DNA of 64,000 nucleotides, from positions 999 through 64,998 of the forward strand of contig JABDGZ010000004.1 of NCBI GenBank assembly GCA_013285735.1, written 5' to 3'. Shown here piece after piece: positions 1 through 14,458 of the stretch (its first letter is position 1; the number at the start of each line of letters is the position of its first letter). Source of the stretch: Candidatus Omnitrophota bacterium (GTDB lineage Bacteria > Omnitrophota > Gorgyraeia > Zapsychrales > Fredricksoniimonadaceae). The notes beneath the pieces are model-generated. The model was not told where the DNA came from, searched no databases, and saw only the letters and a program-made list of their open reading frames with translations. Position numbers and translations under genes: made by a program.

Positions 1-718
1 TGGCGTAAAATAAACCGCCTACGTCCAATGTAGTTTCAACATTGGTGAGGGCATTTTTAATTTTTAAGCCAGTGACACTTTTATCCCCCAAAACTTCCAG
101 AGGGATGGTATTAAACATAATTTCAATCTTAAGATTATTTTTAGCACGTTCTTGCATGACCTTGGAAGCCCGCAACACATCACGGCGTACAATCATCAAG
201 ACCTTGGAGGCAAATTTAGTGAGAAAAGTTGCCTCTTCTACAGCTGAATCACCGCCCCCAACGACTGCCAAAACCTTATTGCGAAAAAACGGCAAAGCAC
301 CGTCACAAACAGCACAGGCAGAAATACCCTTCTGCCATAAATTTTCTTCGCCGGGCAGATGCATGCGTTTGGCAGTGGCCCCTGTAGAAACAATCAAGGC
401 ATTCGCCTGATACTCCTGCCCTCCAGCCCAGACTTTAAAAGGCCTTTGGGATAAATTTACTTTTTCGACAGTTTCAGTGACGATGCGTGTACCGCAATGT
501 AGCGATTGTGCCCGCATTTTATCCATTAAAGCAGGACCAGAAATCTCTAAATATCCGGGATAATTTTCTACGTCAGTCGTGGTCGTCAACTGACCGCCTG
601 CGGCGACACCTGCCGCGAACATCCCTTCAAACATCAAAGGATTTAATCTAGCACGTGCAGCATAAATAGCTGCAGTATGACCTGCAGGGCCGGAGCCAAT
701 AATAATTAAATTTTCCAT
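1..718 (-). CDS. trxB: Thioredoxin reductase (3' end runs off the window)
   Basis: Manual translation from ATG at 718: MENLIIIGSGPAGHTAAIYAAR...GGQLTTTTDVENYPG, ISACAVCDG redox motif, GGGDSA NADPH motif. Confidence 0.95.
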   Translation of the reverse strand, partial: MENLIIIGSGPAGHTAAIYAARARLNPLMFEGMFAAGVAAGGQLTTTTDVENYPGYLEISGPALMDKMRAQSLHCGTRIVTETVEKVNLSQRPFKVWAGGQEYQANALIVSTGATAKRMHLPGEENLWQKGISACAVCDGALPFFRNKVLAVVGGGDSAVEEATFLTKFASKVLMIVRRDVLRASKVMQERAKNNLKIEIMFNTIPLEVLGDKSVTGLKIKNALTNVETTLDVGGLFYA

Positions 719-725
719 AGATTAG

Positions 726-775
726 AAAAATAGGGACGTCTCCCATTTATTAATTGGGAGACGTCCCTATTTTTT
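726..775. repeat. Perfect ~20-bp inverted repeat filling the korB-trxB intergenic space (terminator-like or REP-like hairpin)
   Basis: AAAAATAGGGACGTCTCCCA...TGGGAGACGTCCCTATTTTT, flanked by A and T tracts. Confidence 0.7.
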
Positions 776-1695
776 TATACTAAAAAACTATCCAGAATTT
801 TTGATGGATCTTTTTTAACAGCTTTGTCTACCAGGTTATGCAGGATAACATCATAACGGGGTTTTTCTTTATTTTGAAAAAACAACCCAAAATACCGACG
901 CTCTGCTGCCCCGTACTGAAACGCTTGGGCCAAATTCGAAGGGTCATGTTCAAGGACCTCTGTCTTATCTGCCAGACGGCGGTCAGGCTCAATACCATTG
1001 GGATGTTTTAAGAATGAAAACCAATTTGAATTCTTATGGTCAAAATTATTCGGATCAAAATGCGGACAACGTTGAGAAATATGCACAAAAGCAAAACCCG
1101 GATGATCAAAAGCTGTTTTCATCGTATTAGTCAAATGATCTGGAATCCAGTCTGCAGTTGACGCCACGAAAGACGCGCCCAATCCCAAAGCTACTGTAAT
1201 AGGATTTAAAGGATTCAAATACGAACCCTGCGGCTGAGTGTTGGTTGGATGGTTTTGACGTGTCGTGGGTGACGTTTGATTTTTGGTCAACGCGTACATT
1301 TCATTGTCATACATCAAAAACACACATTTAAAATTCTTGTTGATGCCATGGATCAAATGATTACCCCCGATGCTCATCGCATCACCATCTCCGGCATGCA
1401 CAAATAAATTCAAATCCGGACGGGCCAAGGCCACGCCTAAAGCGATCGGTATCGGACGGCCATGGATGGAATGCACGCCATAGGTATTAAAATAATTCGG
1501 TGCGCGTCCTGAGCAGCCAATCCCTGAAACATTCACTGTTTGGGAAGGTATTAACTGGCGGTCAACGATAAAACGTTTTAAACCCATGATAATACCAAAA
1601 TCGCCACAACCGGCGCACCAGCGTGGATTTTCGGTATTCAACTCTTTAATAGTAATCGGCACTGGGGCCGGTTTAGATAATGTATCGGTCGTCAT
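775..1695 (-). CDS. korB: 2-oxoacid:ferredoxin oxidoreductase beta subunit
   Basis: WCAGCGD, SGIGCS, HGR, GDGD TPP motif; overlaps alpha subunit gene by 4 nt. Confidence 0.9.
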   Translation of the reverse strand: MTTDTLSKPAPVPITIKELNTENPRWCAGCGDFGIIMGLKRFIVDRQLIPSQTVNVSGIGCSGRAPNYFNTYGVHSIHGRPIPIALGVALARPDLNLFVHAGDGDAMSIGGNHLIHGINKNFKCVFLMYDNEMYALTKNQTSPTTRQNHPTNTQPQGSYLNPLNPITVALGLGASFVASTADWIPDHLTNTMKTAFDHPGFAFVHISQRCPHFDPNNFDHKNSNWFSFLKHPNGIEPDRRLADKTEVLEHDPSNLAQAFQYGAAERRYFGLFFQNKEKPRYDVILHNLVDKAVKKDPSKILDSFLV

Positions 1696-3500
1696 TTGAG
1701 GACCTCCTGAATTTTTTTCATAATGATTCTTGGACGCAAGGGCCGGCCGGTTGCTTCGGCAATCAGCGGATGAATGTCCTTTAGAGTTTCTGATCTTAAT
1801 AATAAAGCTAATGGTGATGGCTTAAGCGCATCTCCATAAGCAACCTCCACCGTCATTACTTTTTTATATTTAGCAAAAATTTCCTTAAGCATCAATGGAA
1901 AAGGATACACCACGCGCAAATTCATGCCTGATGCCGGCACACCGTTCTTTTCGCACATATAAATAGCTTCTTCAATAGCCCCACGGCTTGAACCCCAACC
2001 TACGATCAAAACTTCATTCGAATCTTTACCGAACATTTCCGGAGTTGTCAGGGCACGGCGGACATGATGGATCTTTTCATTACGCACCGCGTGAGAACGC
2101 TGATGATTATCAGAGAAATAACTAATTTTGCCATTCTCATCCGTATTAAGTCCTGTGATACGGCGCATACCCCCCTCAGCACCTGGTGTGGTTTGCTGGG
2201 TTTTGACCATTTCAATAGGGCCAGTTAAACGCTTCATATGAAAACGATCAAAGACAAAATCTGGAATATCATCCACATTTTTCATCTGCACCAAAGGAAA
2301 CTTGGCTAACACTTTATAACTGTTAGCTGTCTGGAAATCACTTAAGATAAAAACCGGTACGCGCAATTTTTCCGTCAGGTAACGGGCTAAATGTGGCGCA
2401 TAAAAACAATCAATGATATTGGCAACACCGATGATGATCTTGGTATAATCGCCATGACTTCCACAAAGGGCTGCCAATACATCTGACTGTTCGGTTTTTG
2501 TCGGCATACCCGTCGATGGACCTGAACGCTGCACATCGATAACTATCAAAGGAATTTCAGCGGCTGTCGCAAAACCAATAAATTCTTGCTTCAAGGACAA
2601 GCCCGGACCTGAAGTTGCAGTCACTGCAGGCTGGCCAGCATAATAAGAACCAATCGCCGTACCGATAGCTGCAATCTCATCTTCAGCCTGATGTACAACC
2701 CCGCCATAAGCTGGAAAATTTTTAGCCAAGGTATGCATAATGGAAGACGCTGGTGTTATAGGATATCCTGAATACAATTTAATCCCGGCATCAATAATCC
2801 CCATGCTCATTGACGTATTACCGTCGATAAGTATCTGCTCACCATCTCGTTTATGGCTCTGCACCTCATAACGGAAGAATACCTTTTCCTTGGCCAATTG
2901 ATAACCGTTATGATAAAGGGTAACGTTTTTGGCCATGATATCTTCTTTGAGCTTTTTGCCGAAAGTTTTCACAATCTCTTTTTGGACCATTTCCTCGTCC
3001 ATATTATAGATATACGACAACATTCCTAAATAATGCAAATTTTGTCCCTTGCCACCTAATTCTTTGACAATGGTTTGGGATTCAGGATCAACATTAAAAG
3101 GAATAACACTAAGTCCCAATTTAGTACAGCGCTTGAGAACCATTTCATAAGAATCAGGGTTTGCTTCTTGATCCCCCATATCCAATAAAATCTTGGCATT
3201 GGCATTGAATTCATTATCATCAAGACGGCGATCCAAAACGATTTCATGTGCCGCTAAAATCAAATCCGTATCATTACCGATATTGGTGACGTCAAAATCC
3301 GCAAGACGGATAATAACACCTGAAAGGGCCGGACGGCTGCGGGCTGGCGGCGAAATTTCCGCAGGGATCATCGGCTCCACATAAACATACTGGCCCATGG
3401 CTACAAAAGCCCCCAGCAGGATATCCCCTGCTTTCTGGGCGCCTGTACCGGCATCCATGAGCAATTCAAATCTGGTTACTGGACGTTTTTCGAGTGACAT
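1692..3500 (-). CDS. korA: 2-oxoacid:ferredoxin oxidoreductase alpha subunit (gamma-alpha fusion)
   Basis: YPITPAS, QAEDEIAA, TATSGPGLSL, QRSGPSTGMPT motifs. Confidence 0.9.
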   Translation of the reverse strand: MSLEKRPVTRFELLMDAGTGAQKAGDILLGAFVAMGQYVYVEPMIPAEISPPARSRPALSGVIIRLADFDVTNIGNDTDLILAAHEIVLDRRLDDNEFNANAKILLDMGDQEANPDSYEMVLKRCTKLGLSVIPFNVDPESQTIVKELGGKGQNLHYLGMLSYIYNMDEEMVQKEIVKTFGKKLKEDIMAKNVTLYHNGYQLAKEKVFFRYEVQSHKRDGEQILIDGNTSMSMGIIDAGIKLYSGYPITPASSIMHTLAKNFPAYGGVVHQAEDEIAAIGTAIGSYYAGQPAVTATSGPGLSLKQEFIGFATAAEIPLIVIDVQRSGPSTGMPTKTEQSDVLAALCGSHGDYTKIIIGVANIIDCFYAPHLARYLTEKLRVPVFILSDFQTANSYKVLAKFPLVQMKNVDDIPDFVFDRFHMKRLTGPIEMVKTQQTTPGAEGGMRRITGLNTDENGKISYFSDNHQRSHAVRNEKIHHVRRALTTPEMFGKDSNEVLIVGWGSSRGAIEEAIYMCEKNGVPASGMNLRVVYPFPLMLKEIFAKYKKVMTVEVAYGDALKPSPLALLLRSETLKDIHPLIAEATGRPLRPRIIMKKIQEVLK

Positions 3501-3665
3501 AAATACCTCTTCCTTAATTTTACTTTTTTAAATGATACAAGATATGTGCCGTTTCCTTAAAATCCATATTAGAAAAACGGCCTATCTAAAGAAAATAATG
3601 GAGTTATATAAAAAATACCGTATTTTAATTACTATAGCACTGTGAATTGCTTTGGCAAGAAAAAA

Positions 3666-4766
3666 TCAACTACTTTTTATCGCAGGACGTAATTCTTTTA
3701 AACTTTTTAACAAAGCTTTACTTCCATCGGTCACAGCGTCTTCTTGCAGCGGTTGCTCTTTTAAAAGATCATCCAAATCAATTTCAGATTTTATGCTAAA
3801 ACCTGCATCCTGAATCATGCGCAAGGTGCGGGCATTGGTTGCCCCTTTAGCATTTAAATAGCCTTGCAAAAATAAAGAATTTGCCGGGTATAAAGCCATC
3901 ACTTCCATGGAACGTAAATGCAATTCCCGTCCAGCAGCCACCCGGATTTCTGCTGATGGATTTAAAAATCTAAACAGACACAATATCCTTAAAATAAAAT
4001 CAGGACTTAAATTTGATTCTGATGGTGACAAGAGATTGCCTTCAATCGGCACCAATAAATTAACCGGAATAGACTCTGCCTTCAAAGAACGCAGACGACG
4101 GGCCACGTCAATGATATCCGTATGCTCTTCCCCCATACCAACAATCATTCCGGAGCATACCTTAAGGCCTGCACTTTTGGCAGCCAAAAGGGTATTAAGC
4201 CGGTCAGCATAGGTATGCGTCGTACAAATCTGCGGGTAATGCGCTTCGGAAGTATTTAAATTATGGTTCAAACGGTCAAGCCCTGCTTGTTTTAATTGTA
4301 CCGCCCCATCATTAGATACAAAACCCGTAGAAACACAAATTTCTTTACCAGGGAATTCGGATTTGATTTGAGCTAAAACGCGTTTCAGGCGATCAATGCG
4401 CGATTGAGAAGCCTGACGCCCGGCAAAAACCATGCAATAGCAGGACGCCCCTTTGGCATACGCTGTGCGCGCCTCCGAAAGCATTTCCTCATCGGATTTC
4501 ATACCGTATTCTTCAATATCAGCCTTAGATGATTTAGCCTGGGCGCAATAATGGCAATCTTCAGGGCATGAGCCGTTTTGGGCATTGTTGAGGATATGCA
4601 CACGCACTTCCTGGCCAAAATAAGTTTTACGCACCTGATACGCAGCATCTAATAGTGGCAAAATCTCAAGCGATGTATCAGACAAAATCCGCACGCACGC
4701 AGCATTATCCAACTCCTGGCCTTCCAGACTTTGACGGACTAATTCTGTATAAAAAAAGCGATCCAT
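3666..4766 (-). CDS. bioB: Biotin synthase (radical SAM)
   Basis: CPEDCHYCAQ, NHNLNTS, CSGMIVGMGE, IRVAAGRE. Confidence 0.95.
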   Translation of the reverse strand: MDRFFYTELVRQSLEGQELDNAACVRILSDTSLEILPLLDAAYQVRKTYFGQEVRVHILNNAQNGSCPEDCHYCAQAKSSKADIEEYGMKSDEEMLSEARTAYAKGASCYCMVFAGRQASQSRIDRLKRVLAQIKSEFPGKEICVSTGFVSNDGAVQLKQAGLDRLNHNLNTSEAHYPQICTTHTYADRLNTLLAAKSAGLKVCSGMIVGMGEEHTDIIDVARRLRSLKAESIPVNLLVPIEGNLLSPSESNLSPDFILRILCLFRFLNPSAEIRVAAGRELHLRSMEVMALYPANSLFLQGYLNAKGATNARTLRMIQDAGFSIKSEIDLDDLLKEQPLQEDAVTDGSKALLKSLKELRPAIKSS

Positions 4767-4795
4767 AAGAAAATAATATCACAGAAAAATGAGCA

Positions 4796-4829
4796 ATTGT
4801 CAACAGTTCTATTGTTCTTGGTTGACAAT
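4796..4829. promoter_or_regulatory. BirA-like biotin operator overlapping the putative bioB -35 box
   Basis: ATTGTCAAC-N16-GTTGACAAT palindrome matches the TGTnAAC-N14-16-GTTnACA BirA consensus; on the minus strand TTGACA-N17-GATATT precedes bioB. Confidence 0.75.
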
Positions 4830-4846
4830 AGATTTAAATATAAAAT

Positions 4847-8846
<4,000 letters not shown>

Positions 8847-8857
8847 AGTTAGCCTTT

Positions 8858-10129
8858 TTAATCAACTGATGCTAAAGACCTCAGCTGCTTTTGCTGGGCA
8901 TCGCTCATAGGGCCGATGATGGCGAGGTTTAAGCTTTGAGGATTTAGAATTTCTTTGGCAACCCGTTTAATGTCAGCACGGGTTACTGCCTTGATTTTTT
9001 TGATAACATCGCTCATACTTTTGACCTTATCGTTGCTGATAACCCCGCTGCCCATCCAAAGCATCTGGTCCATGGTATCTTCCAAACCTAATAAAAACTG
9101 CCCCATATAATATTCCTGGGCGCGCTTAAATTCATCTTCTTGAACACCACCAGCTGAAATCTTGGCCAAAACTTTCAAAATTAAATCTAGTGCAGCAACG
9201 ATCTTGGAATTGTCGACACCAGCACGGATCATAAAAACACCGGTATCGTTCAAACTTTTGATACCGCTGGAAACCGAATACGCCAGCCCGCGCTTTTCAC
9301 GCACTTCATTAAATAAACGGCTGGACATATTGCCGCCCAGGATAATACTTAACAGTGCCAAAACATAATAATCTTTATGATTGGTCTCATAAGCCAGATA
9401 CCCAAGAGCCAAATGCATTTGCTCCGTCTGTTTGTGGTATAAATGTACTGTAGATTTCTCTTGAGTACGACGGGCAGGAATATAAGATGAATTTATAGAC
9501 CCACTCAATTTTCCTAACTTAGCTGTCACCAAAGCCACCAGCTCTTCATGTTTCATCGAACCACAGGCAGAGATAACAGTATTAGCAGGAAGATAATGAG
9601 TCCGTTTAAAATCTTTCAAATGAGCTGTGGACATTGTACCTACTGTCTTTGCTGTACCCGCAAGGCTTTGGCCCAAAGGATGATCAGGCCACAAAAGCTC
9701 CTCAAGAAGTTCCCCCACATAATATTGCGGCAGGTCATGGTACATTTTGATCTCTTCTAAAATGACTGCGCGTTCTTTTTCTAAATCTTTCGGGGTGATT
9801 TTAGGAAAAAATGTAATGTCGGCAAGGATATCAAAAGTCTTCTTCCAGTGAGATGCAGGCACCTTGGCATAATAACAGGTCTCTTCTTCTGCGGTAAAGG
9901 CATTGAGATTGCCGCCAACACCTTCGACCAGTTGTTTTATTTCATCACAGGTATATTTAGCAGAGCCCTTGAAAGCTATGTGTTCTAAAAAGTGGGCTAC
10001 ACCTTTATTATCCCCTGTTTCATAACGGCCGCCGGCCGCCACCCAAACACCAATGGAAGCGCTCTCGCGATCTTTAAATTCCTGGGTGACAATACGTATT
10101 TGATTAGAAAGTTGAGTTATATGACGCAT
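8858..10129 (-). CDS. M16 family zinc peptidase
   Basis: HFLEH inverted zinc motif, NAFT, SRLFNEVREKRGLAY. Confidence 0.92.
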   Translation of the reverse strand: MRHITQLSNQIRIVTQEFKDRESASIGVWVAAGGRYETGDNKGVAHFLEHIAFKGSAKYTCDEIKQLVEGVGGNLNAFTAEEETCYYAKVPASHWKKTFDILADITFFPKITPKDLEKERAVILEEIKMYHDLPQYYVGELLEELLWPDHPLGQSLAGTAKTVGTMSTAHLKDFKRTHYLPANTVISACGSMKHEELVALVTAKLGKLSGSINSSYIPARRTQEKSTVHLYHKQTEQMHLALGYLAYETNHKDYYVLALLSIILGGNMSSRLFNEVREKRGLAYSVSSGIKSLNDTGVFMIRAGVDNSKIVAALDLILKVLAKISAGGVQEDEFKRAQEYYMGQFLLGLEDTMDQMLWMGSGVISNDKVKSMSDVIKKIKAVTRADIKRVAKEILNPQSLNLAIIGPMSDAQQKQLRSLASVD

Positions 10130-10131
10130 AT

Positions 10132-10926
10132 TTATCTTAAGGCTTTGACCAACGAAGAAACGTAGTGGCTGACTGCAGGCACTAAATTCTTATTTCCTTT
10201 ATTTTGTTCGATAACTCTTACAATAGCACTACCCACGATAACCCCGTCTGCCGCACGTCCGATTACCTTGACTTGTTCAGGCGTTGAAATGCCAAAACCG
10301 ACACATACAGGTTTATCCGTAAACCGTTTAATATGATTAATTTTCTTAACTACCGTTTGGGCAACTGCTTTTTGAGTTCCTGTAATTCCAGTTAGAGAAA
10401 CATAATAGACAAAGCCACTGGAGGCCTTGGTATTTGATTTGATGCGTTCATCGGTGCTCGTGGGGGCAACAAAGAAAATTGTTGAGAGATCATACCCCTC
10501 GGCCAAACTGCATAAATTTTTAGCTTCTTCCGGCGGTAAATCAGGAACGATCAACCCATCTATCCCTACATCAACACAGGCTTTAAGGAATTTTTCTTCC
10601 CCAAAACGTAATATGGGATTATATGATGTCATGAACGCAATCGGTATAGATGACTTTAGACGAATACGTTTGACCGTCTCTAAAATTTTCTTGACCGTTG
10701 TCCCCTTGCTTAAAGCACGAAAGAAAGATGCCTGGATGGTAGGACCGTCAGCCAAAGGATCAGAAAAAGGAATACCTATTTCAATGATATCAACGCCAAC
10801 ACCTTCAAGAGAAACAACCAAATCTTCTGTTGTTTTTAAATCAGGATCACCTGCGGTGATGAAAGCAATAAAGGCTTTACGCTTCTTAGTTTTCAGTTCT
10901 TTAAATTTTTGATCTATACGGTTCAT
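10132..10926 (-). CDS. trpA: Tryptophan synthase alpha chain
   Basis: PFSDPLADGPTIQ, VGFGIS, DGVIVGSA. Confidence 0.97.
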   Translation of the reverse strand: MNRIDQKFKELKTKKRKAFIAFITAGDPDLKTTEDLVVSLEGVGVDIIEIGIPFSDPLADGPTIQASFFRALSKGTTVKKILETVKRIRLKSSIPIAFMTSYNPILRFGEEKFLKACVDVGIDGLIVPDLPPEEAKNLCSLAEGYDLSTIFFVAPTSTDERIKSNTKASSGFVYYVSLTGITGTQKAVAQTVVKKINHIKRFTDKPVCVGFGISTPEQVKVIGRAADGVIVGSAIVRVIEQNKGNKNLVPAVSHYVSSLVKALR

Positions 10927-10931
10927 AGAAA

Positions 10932-10959
10932 CTGGATTCCCGCTTTCGCGGGAATGACA
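10932..10959 (+). repeat. REP-like palindrome, family A
   Basis: CTGGATTCCCGCTTTCGCGGGAATGACA; near-identical copies at 35725, 42543 and 44855. Confidence 0.85.
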
Positions 10960-10965
10960 ATATTG

Positions 10966-12165
10966 TTAAATAAATTGTGAAATTTGGTTCATGTCTTTGT
11001 CACCGCGGCCGGAAAGGCAGACGATCACTGTTGAATTCTTTTTAGCACGGCTGGCTAATTTTTGTAAATAGGCAATGGCATGGGACGTCTCCAACGCCGG
11101 AATGATACCTTCCAGGCGAGCTAAAAGCTTAAGCCCTTCGATGGCTTCTTTGTCTGTAATGGTGACATACTCTGCTCGTTTGCTATCATGATAAAAAGCA
11201 TGCTCAGGACCAACGCCAGGGTAATCCAATCCCGCGGCAATAGAATGCGCAATTTGTATCTGACCGTCATTATCTTGCAGTAACATGCTTTTACTGCCAT
11301 GCAAAACACCAACAGCGCCTTTATTTAACGTCGCAGAATGTTCATGCGTATCAACCCCATGGCCAGCTGCTTCCACGCCGATCATCTTTACTGTCTTATC
11401 ATTATAAAATGCATGAAACAAACCCATGGCATTACTGCCGCCACCGACACAGGCCAAAAGATAATTAGGTAATTTATTTTCTTTGGCTAAAAATTGCTGA
11501 CGGGCCTCACGGCCTATCACTGACTGAAAATCACGCACCATGGCCGGATACGGATGAAAACCTGCCACCGAACCAATAATATAAAAAGTATCTGCCACAT
11601 TGGTCACCCAGTCCCGCACCGCCTCATTCATGGCATCTTTAAGCGTTTTAGAACCGCTTTCAACAGGGATAACTTGCGCACCCATTAATTTCATGCGATA
11701 CACATTAAGTGATTGGCGTTTAACATCTTCAGCACCCATGTACACGATGCACTTCAAACCAAACAAAGCTGCCGCCGTGGCTGTGGCAACACCATGCTGG
11801 CCAGCACCGGTCTCGGCAATAATACGGGTCTTGCCCATGCGACGGGCAACCAGGATCTGTCCTAAGGTATTATTGATTTTATGAGCGCCAGTATGCAGCA
11901 GGTCTTCGCGTTTTAAATACACCTTGAGTGTTTTTAAATGCGCGCTTAAACGGCGGGCAAAATATAAATTCGTAGGTCTTCCGGCATATTCCTTAAGATA
12001 AGATTCAAATTCTTTTTTGAAAGTCTTATCTTTCTTAATAGCCTGATACTGTTTTTCTAATTGGGCCAAAACCGCCATCAAGGTTTCAGGAGCAAAGCGC
12101 CCACCAAAAGAACCATAGTAACCATTTTTATCCGGCAGCAATTGTTTCATTACTTTATTTTTCAT
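10966..12165 (-). CDS. trpB: Tryptophan synthase beta chain
   Basis: [12 protein letters not shown] lysine, [25 protein letters not shown]. Confidence 0.97.
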   Translation of the reverse strand: MKNKVMKQLLPDKNGYYGSFGGRFAPETLMAVLAQLEKQYQAIKKDKTFKKEFESYLKEYAGRPTNLYFARRLSAHLKTLKVYLKREDLLHTGAHKINNTLGQILVARRMGKTRIIAETGAGQHGVATATAAALFGLKCIVYMGAEDVKRQSLNVYRMKLMGAQVIPVESGSKTLKDAMNEAVRDWVTNVADTFYIIGSVAGFHPYPAMVRDFQSVIGREARQQFLAKENKLPNYLLACVGGGSNAMGLFHAFYNDKTVKMIGVEAAGHGVDTHEHSATLNKGAVGVLHGSKSMLLQDNDGQIQIAHSIAAGLDYPGVGPEHAFYHDSKRAEYVTITDKEAIEGLKLLARLEGIIPALETSHAIAYLQKLASRAKKNSTVIVCLSGRGDKDMNQISQFI

Positions 12166-12826
12166 ACCCCGTCATCGTCATCACTGAATTCATAATCCCA
12201 ATCGTACCGGTAATGCGCAGCGGCCATTTATGCTTGGAGCTGTCAAACCAGATTTTGTACCGCGTCGGTTGGCTTTGCATATAATAACTATCATAAGATT
12301 TATCACCTATTTTGAGCACCTCACGCCTCACTAACTCAATCTTTAAATCCTTAGTCGGCAAGGTCATATTAAGGACATCTCCTATTTTAAATGACCCTTG
12401 ATTGCGATACCGGTAAATAAAGCCATAAATATTGTCAACGTCCCCTGCTTTGTTAATGATCTGCTGGGTAGTGCGCCCCCGTTCAGTCTTAGTAATGATG
12501 ATCTCTCCCTTAGAAGGAATATACTCTTCCAAGGTTTTCCCTTGCCCAAAAATGCTTAAACTAAAATTACGTTCCACAAACAATGGTTTATACGTCGATG
12601 GATCCACATAAATATCTTCTTCATCCGAAAAATTCTTGCCATTGGCCTTAAATACGATCAAAATTGTTTGAAGACCTTTATACTCTTTAGGGCCAACCAT
12701 CTTCAAGCGCGCCTCACCATCAAATCCCATTTGACGGATCGAATAATAAATAGTCTCTGCCCGCAATGGCAATGAAAAAACGCAGCAGAGAAAAAATACT
12801 GTTATGAAAGAAATTCTATTGAACAT
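12155..12826 (-). CDS. Exported hypothetical protein (DUF3108-like)
   Basis: N-terminal signal peptide; beta-rich; C-terminal KIWFD...PLRI pattern. Confidence 0.5.
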   Translation of the reverse strand: MFNRISFITVFFLCCVFSLPLRAETIYYSIRQMGFDGEARLKMVGPKEYKGLQTILIVFKANGKNFSDEEDIYVDPSTYKPLFVERNFSLSIFGQGKTLEEYIPSKGEIIITKTERGRTTQQIINKAGDVDNIYGFIYRYRNQGSFKIGDVLNMTLPTKDLKIELVRREVLKIGDKSYDSYYMQSQPTRYKIWFDSSKHKWPLRITGTIGIMNSVMTMTGYEK

Positions 12827-13958
12827 CGTAATCCTTAAGGAACGCCTCTAAAACCCTGGCTCCATTATGCAATGTTTTAATTTCCGCATATTCGTCATTA
12901 GCATGAATGACCCCATGACTGCCCCAACCAGTGGAGAAAGCAGGAATACCGTAATCTTGAAAAAAGGTGATCACCGTGGCTCCCTGACTGCCTTTCAAAT
13001 TCGCTTTAAATCCCATCTTCCGGCAGGTATCCACATAGGTTTTGACAAAAGGATGTTCAGGGTCAATCCCGTAAGGCTTTTGAGAATCATCAATGATGAC
13101 CTTAAAATCCTTAGTCTCTTGAGCAACAATACTTTTAACTTCTTTTAAAATCGCTTCAGCCTTCATGCCCGGCATAAAACGGATATCCAAGGCAAACTCG
13201 CAAAAATCCGCCACCATGTTAACCTTGTCCCCACCACGGATCGTACCGATATTCTTCGTCGGAGGAACAAGCAAAGGATGCTTTTTATATTTGAATTGAT
13301 GTTTCTTTAAGCGATTAATCACCCGTGCCGCAATTTCAATAGCATTAATGCCCAGCCAATTATATGCCCCATGCGCTTTTTTCCCAAAAATCTGCACCCG
13401 GCAATGAAAAAGGCCTTTTTGGGCAATAATCGCATCAAATTCTTCAGAATCCGTAATCAAGGCAACCTTGGGACGCAAAATACCTTTTTTCAACAAAGGA
13501 ATGATACCTAATTTGCTTCCAGTCTCCTCGTCAGCAGTGGCAGCAAATACAATATCTCGTTGAAGACGCACGCCATCTTCGACCAAACTATGCAAGGCCT
13601 CCATACCCACCGCGCAATTGCCCTTATCATCACTGGCTCCCCGGCCGTAAATACGGCCCTTATGTATCTGGGCGCCTAACGGATCGAATTTCCAGCCTTC
13701 ACCAAAAGGTACGGTATCATAATGCGGTGTTATTAAAAGCGCTTCACGAGCGGCCTTGGCACGAGGCCAAGTACCCTTAAACGTTGCTATCACATTTGGA
13801 CGATTTTTAGCGAATGAATGTATTTTAATATCCAACCCGATAGCTTTTAAATCACGGGCAACAAAATCAGCTACTGCCACTTCGTTACCAGGTGGATTAA
13901 CGGAATTAATTTGCAAAAGTTTGGTGGTAATCGCAATCAAACGTTCTTTATTGATCAT
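12816..13958 (-). CDS. M20 family metallopeptidase (ArgE/DapE-like)
   Basis: HYDTVP, GRGASDDKG, DEE, H-A-N-D-E near the C-terminus. Confidence 0.9.
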   Translation of the reverse strand: MINKERLIAITTKLLQINSVNPPGNEVAVADFVARDLKAIGLDIKIHSFAKNRPNVIATFKGTWPRAKAAREALLITPHYDTVPFGEGWKFDPLGAQIHKGRIYGRGASDDKGNCAVGMEALHSLVEDGVRLQRDIVFAATADEETGSKLGIIPLLKKGILRPKVALITDSEEFDAIIAQKGLFHCRVQIFGKKAHGAYNWLGINAIEIAARVINRLKKHQFKYKKHPLLVPPTKNIGTIRGGDKVNMVADFCEFALDIRFMPGMKAEAILKEVKSIVAQETKDFKVIIDDSQKPYGIDPEHPFVKTYVDTCRKMGFKANLKGSQGATVITFFQDYGIPAFSTGWGSHGVIHANDEYAEIKTLHNGARVLEAFLKDYDVQ

Positions 13959-13964
13959 AATATT

Positions 13965-14267
13965 TTATCCTAATATTCCTTTTGCCTTTTCTTCACCTTC
14001 AATACGTTTAAAATCTTCATAATCCACAAAAACAATTTGGGGCTGCTCGTGGCTGATTTTAAGCATTTTGGGCATATGTTCTTTGATATTCTGAAAAGCG
14101 ATATATTTAAATTCTGTATTACATTCAGGACATTTTAAAGTGTCTATTTTTAAATCCATGTGTTTACAATTGGCACAGGTGCCTGATAAAGCACCATAGG
14201 TCATCAAATGAGTTTTAAGCTCATCAAGGTAAAATTTCTTATAAATTCGGAAATATCTATCCGGCAT
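13965..14267 (-). CDS. Small zinc-ribbon hypothetical protein (start moved from 14324 to 14267)
   Basis: CANC and CPEC pairs; TG-C-TATAAT lies 7 nt before ATG 14267; the longer start falls inside the candidate RNA hairpin. Confidence 0.7.
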   Translation of the reverse strand: MPDRYFRIYKKFYLDELKTHLMTYGALSGTCANCKHMDLKIDTLKCPECNTEFKYIAFQNIKEHMPKMLKISHEQPQIVFVDYEDFKRIEGEEKAKGILG

Positions 14268-14307
14268 GGGGGATATTATAGCATCAATGGCAGGGTTGTC
14301 GACCCAT

Positions 14308-14406
14308 AAAAAAACCGACATCAATCATCTATTTTATTTTTTGTCTGGCGTGCCCCGGAAAAAATCCAGCGGGCCTTAGCACAACGGATGATTTCTGTCG
14401 GTTCTA
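14308..14406 (-). ncRNA. Candidate structured ncRNA or leader RNA (family not recognised)
   Basis: Own promoter TTGCTA-N17-TATAAA; 15-bp closing stem with tandem GA/GA; internal stem; 3' U tract. Confidence 0.55.
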
Positions 14407-14411
14407 CTTTA

Positions 14412-14440
14412 TTTATACCACCTAAATCGAATTTTAGCAA
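14412..14440 (-). promoter_or_regulatory. Sigma70-like promoter for the candidate ncRNA
   Basis: TTGCTA (14440-14435), N17, TATAAA (14417-14412) preceded by TGG. Confidence 0.6.
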
Positions 14441-14458
14441 GGAGAAGTCTTAAATATT

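Noticed and set aside
42-410. 122-aa plus-strand ORF and the many other short ORFs overlapping long genes
   Set aside because: Antisense or alternate-frame shadows of well-supported genes (here trxB); no motifs or RBS.
14308-14406. Assignment of the hairpin RNA as SRP RNA, SAH or ZTP riboswitch
   Set aside because: Lacks the SRP CAGG-GNRA-AGCA core and the GAGGAGCG/GGCUC (SAH) or GACUGGCG-CGCCUGGG (ZTP) arrangements; kept as unassigned.
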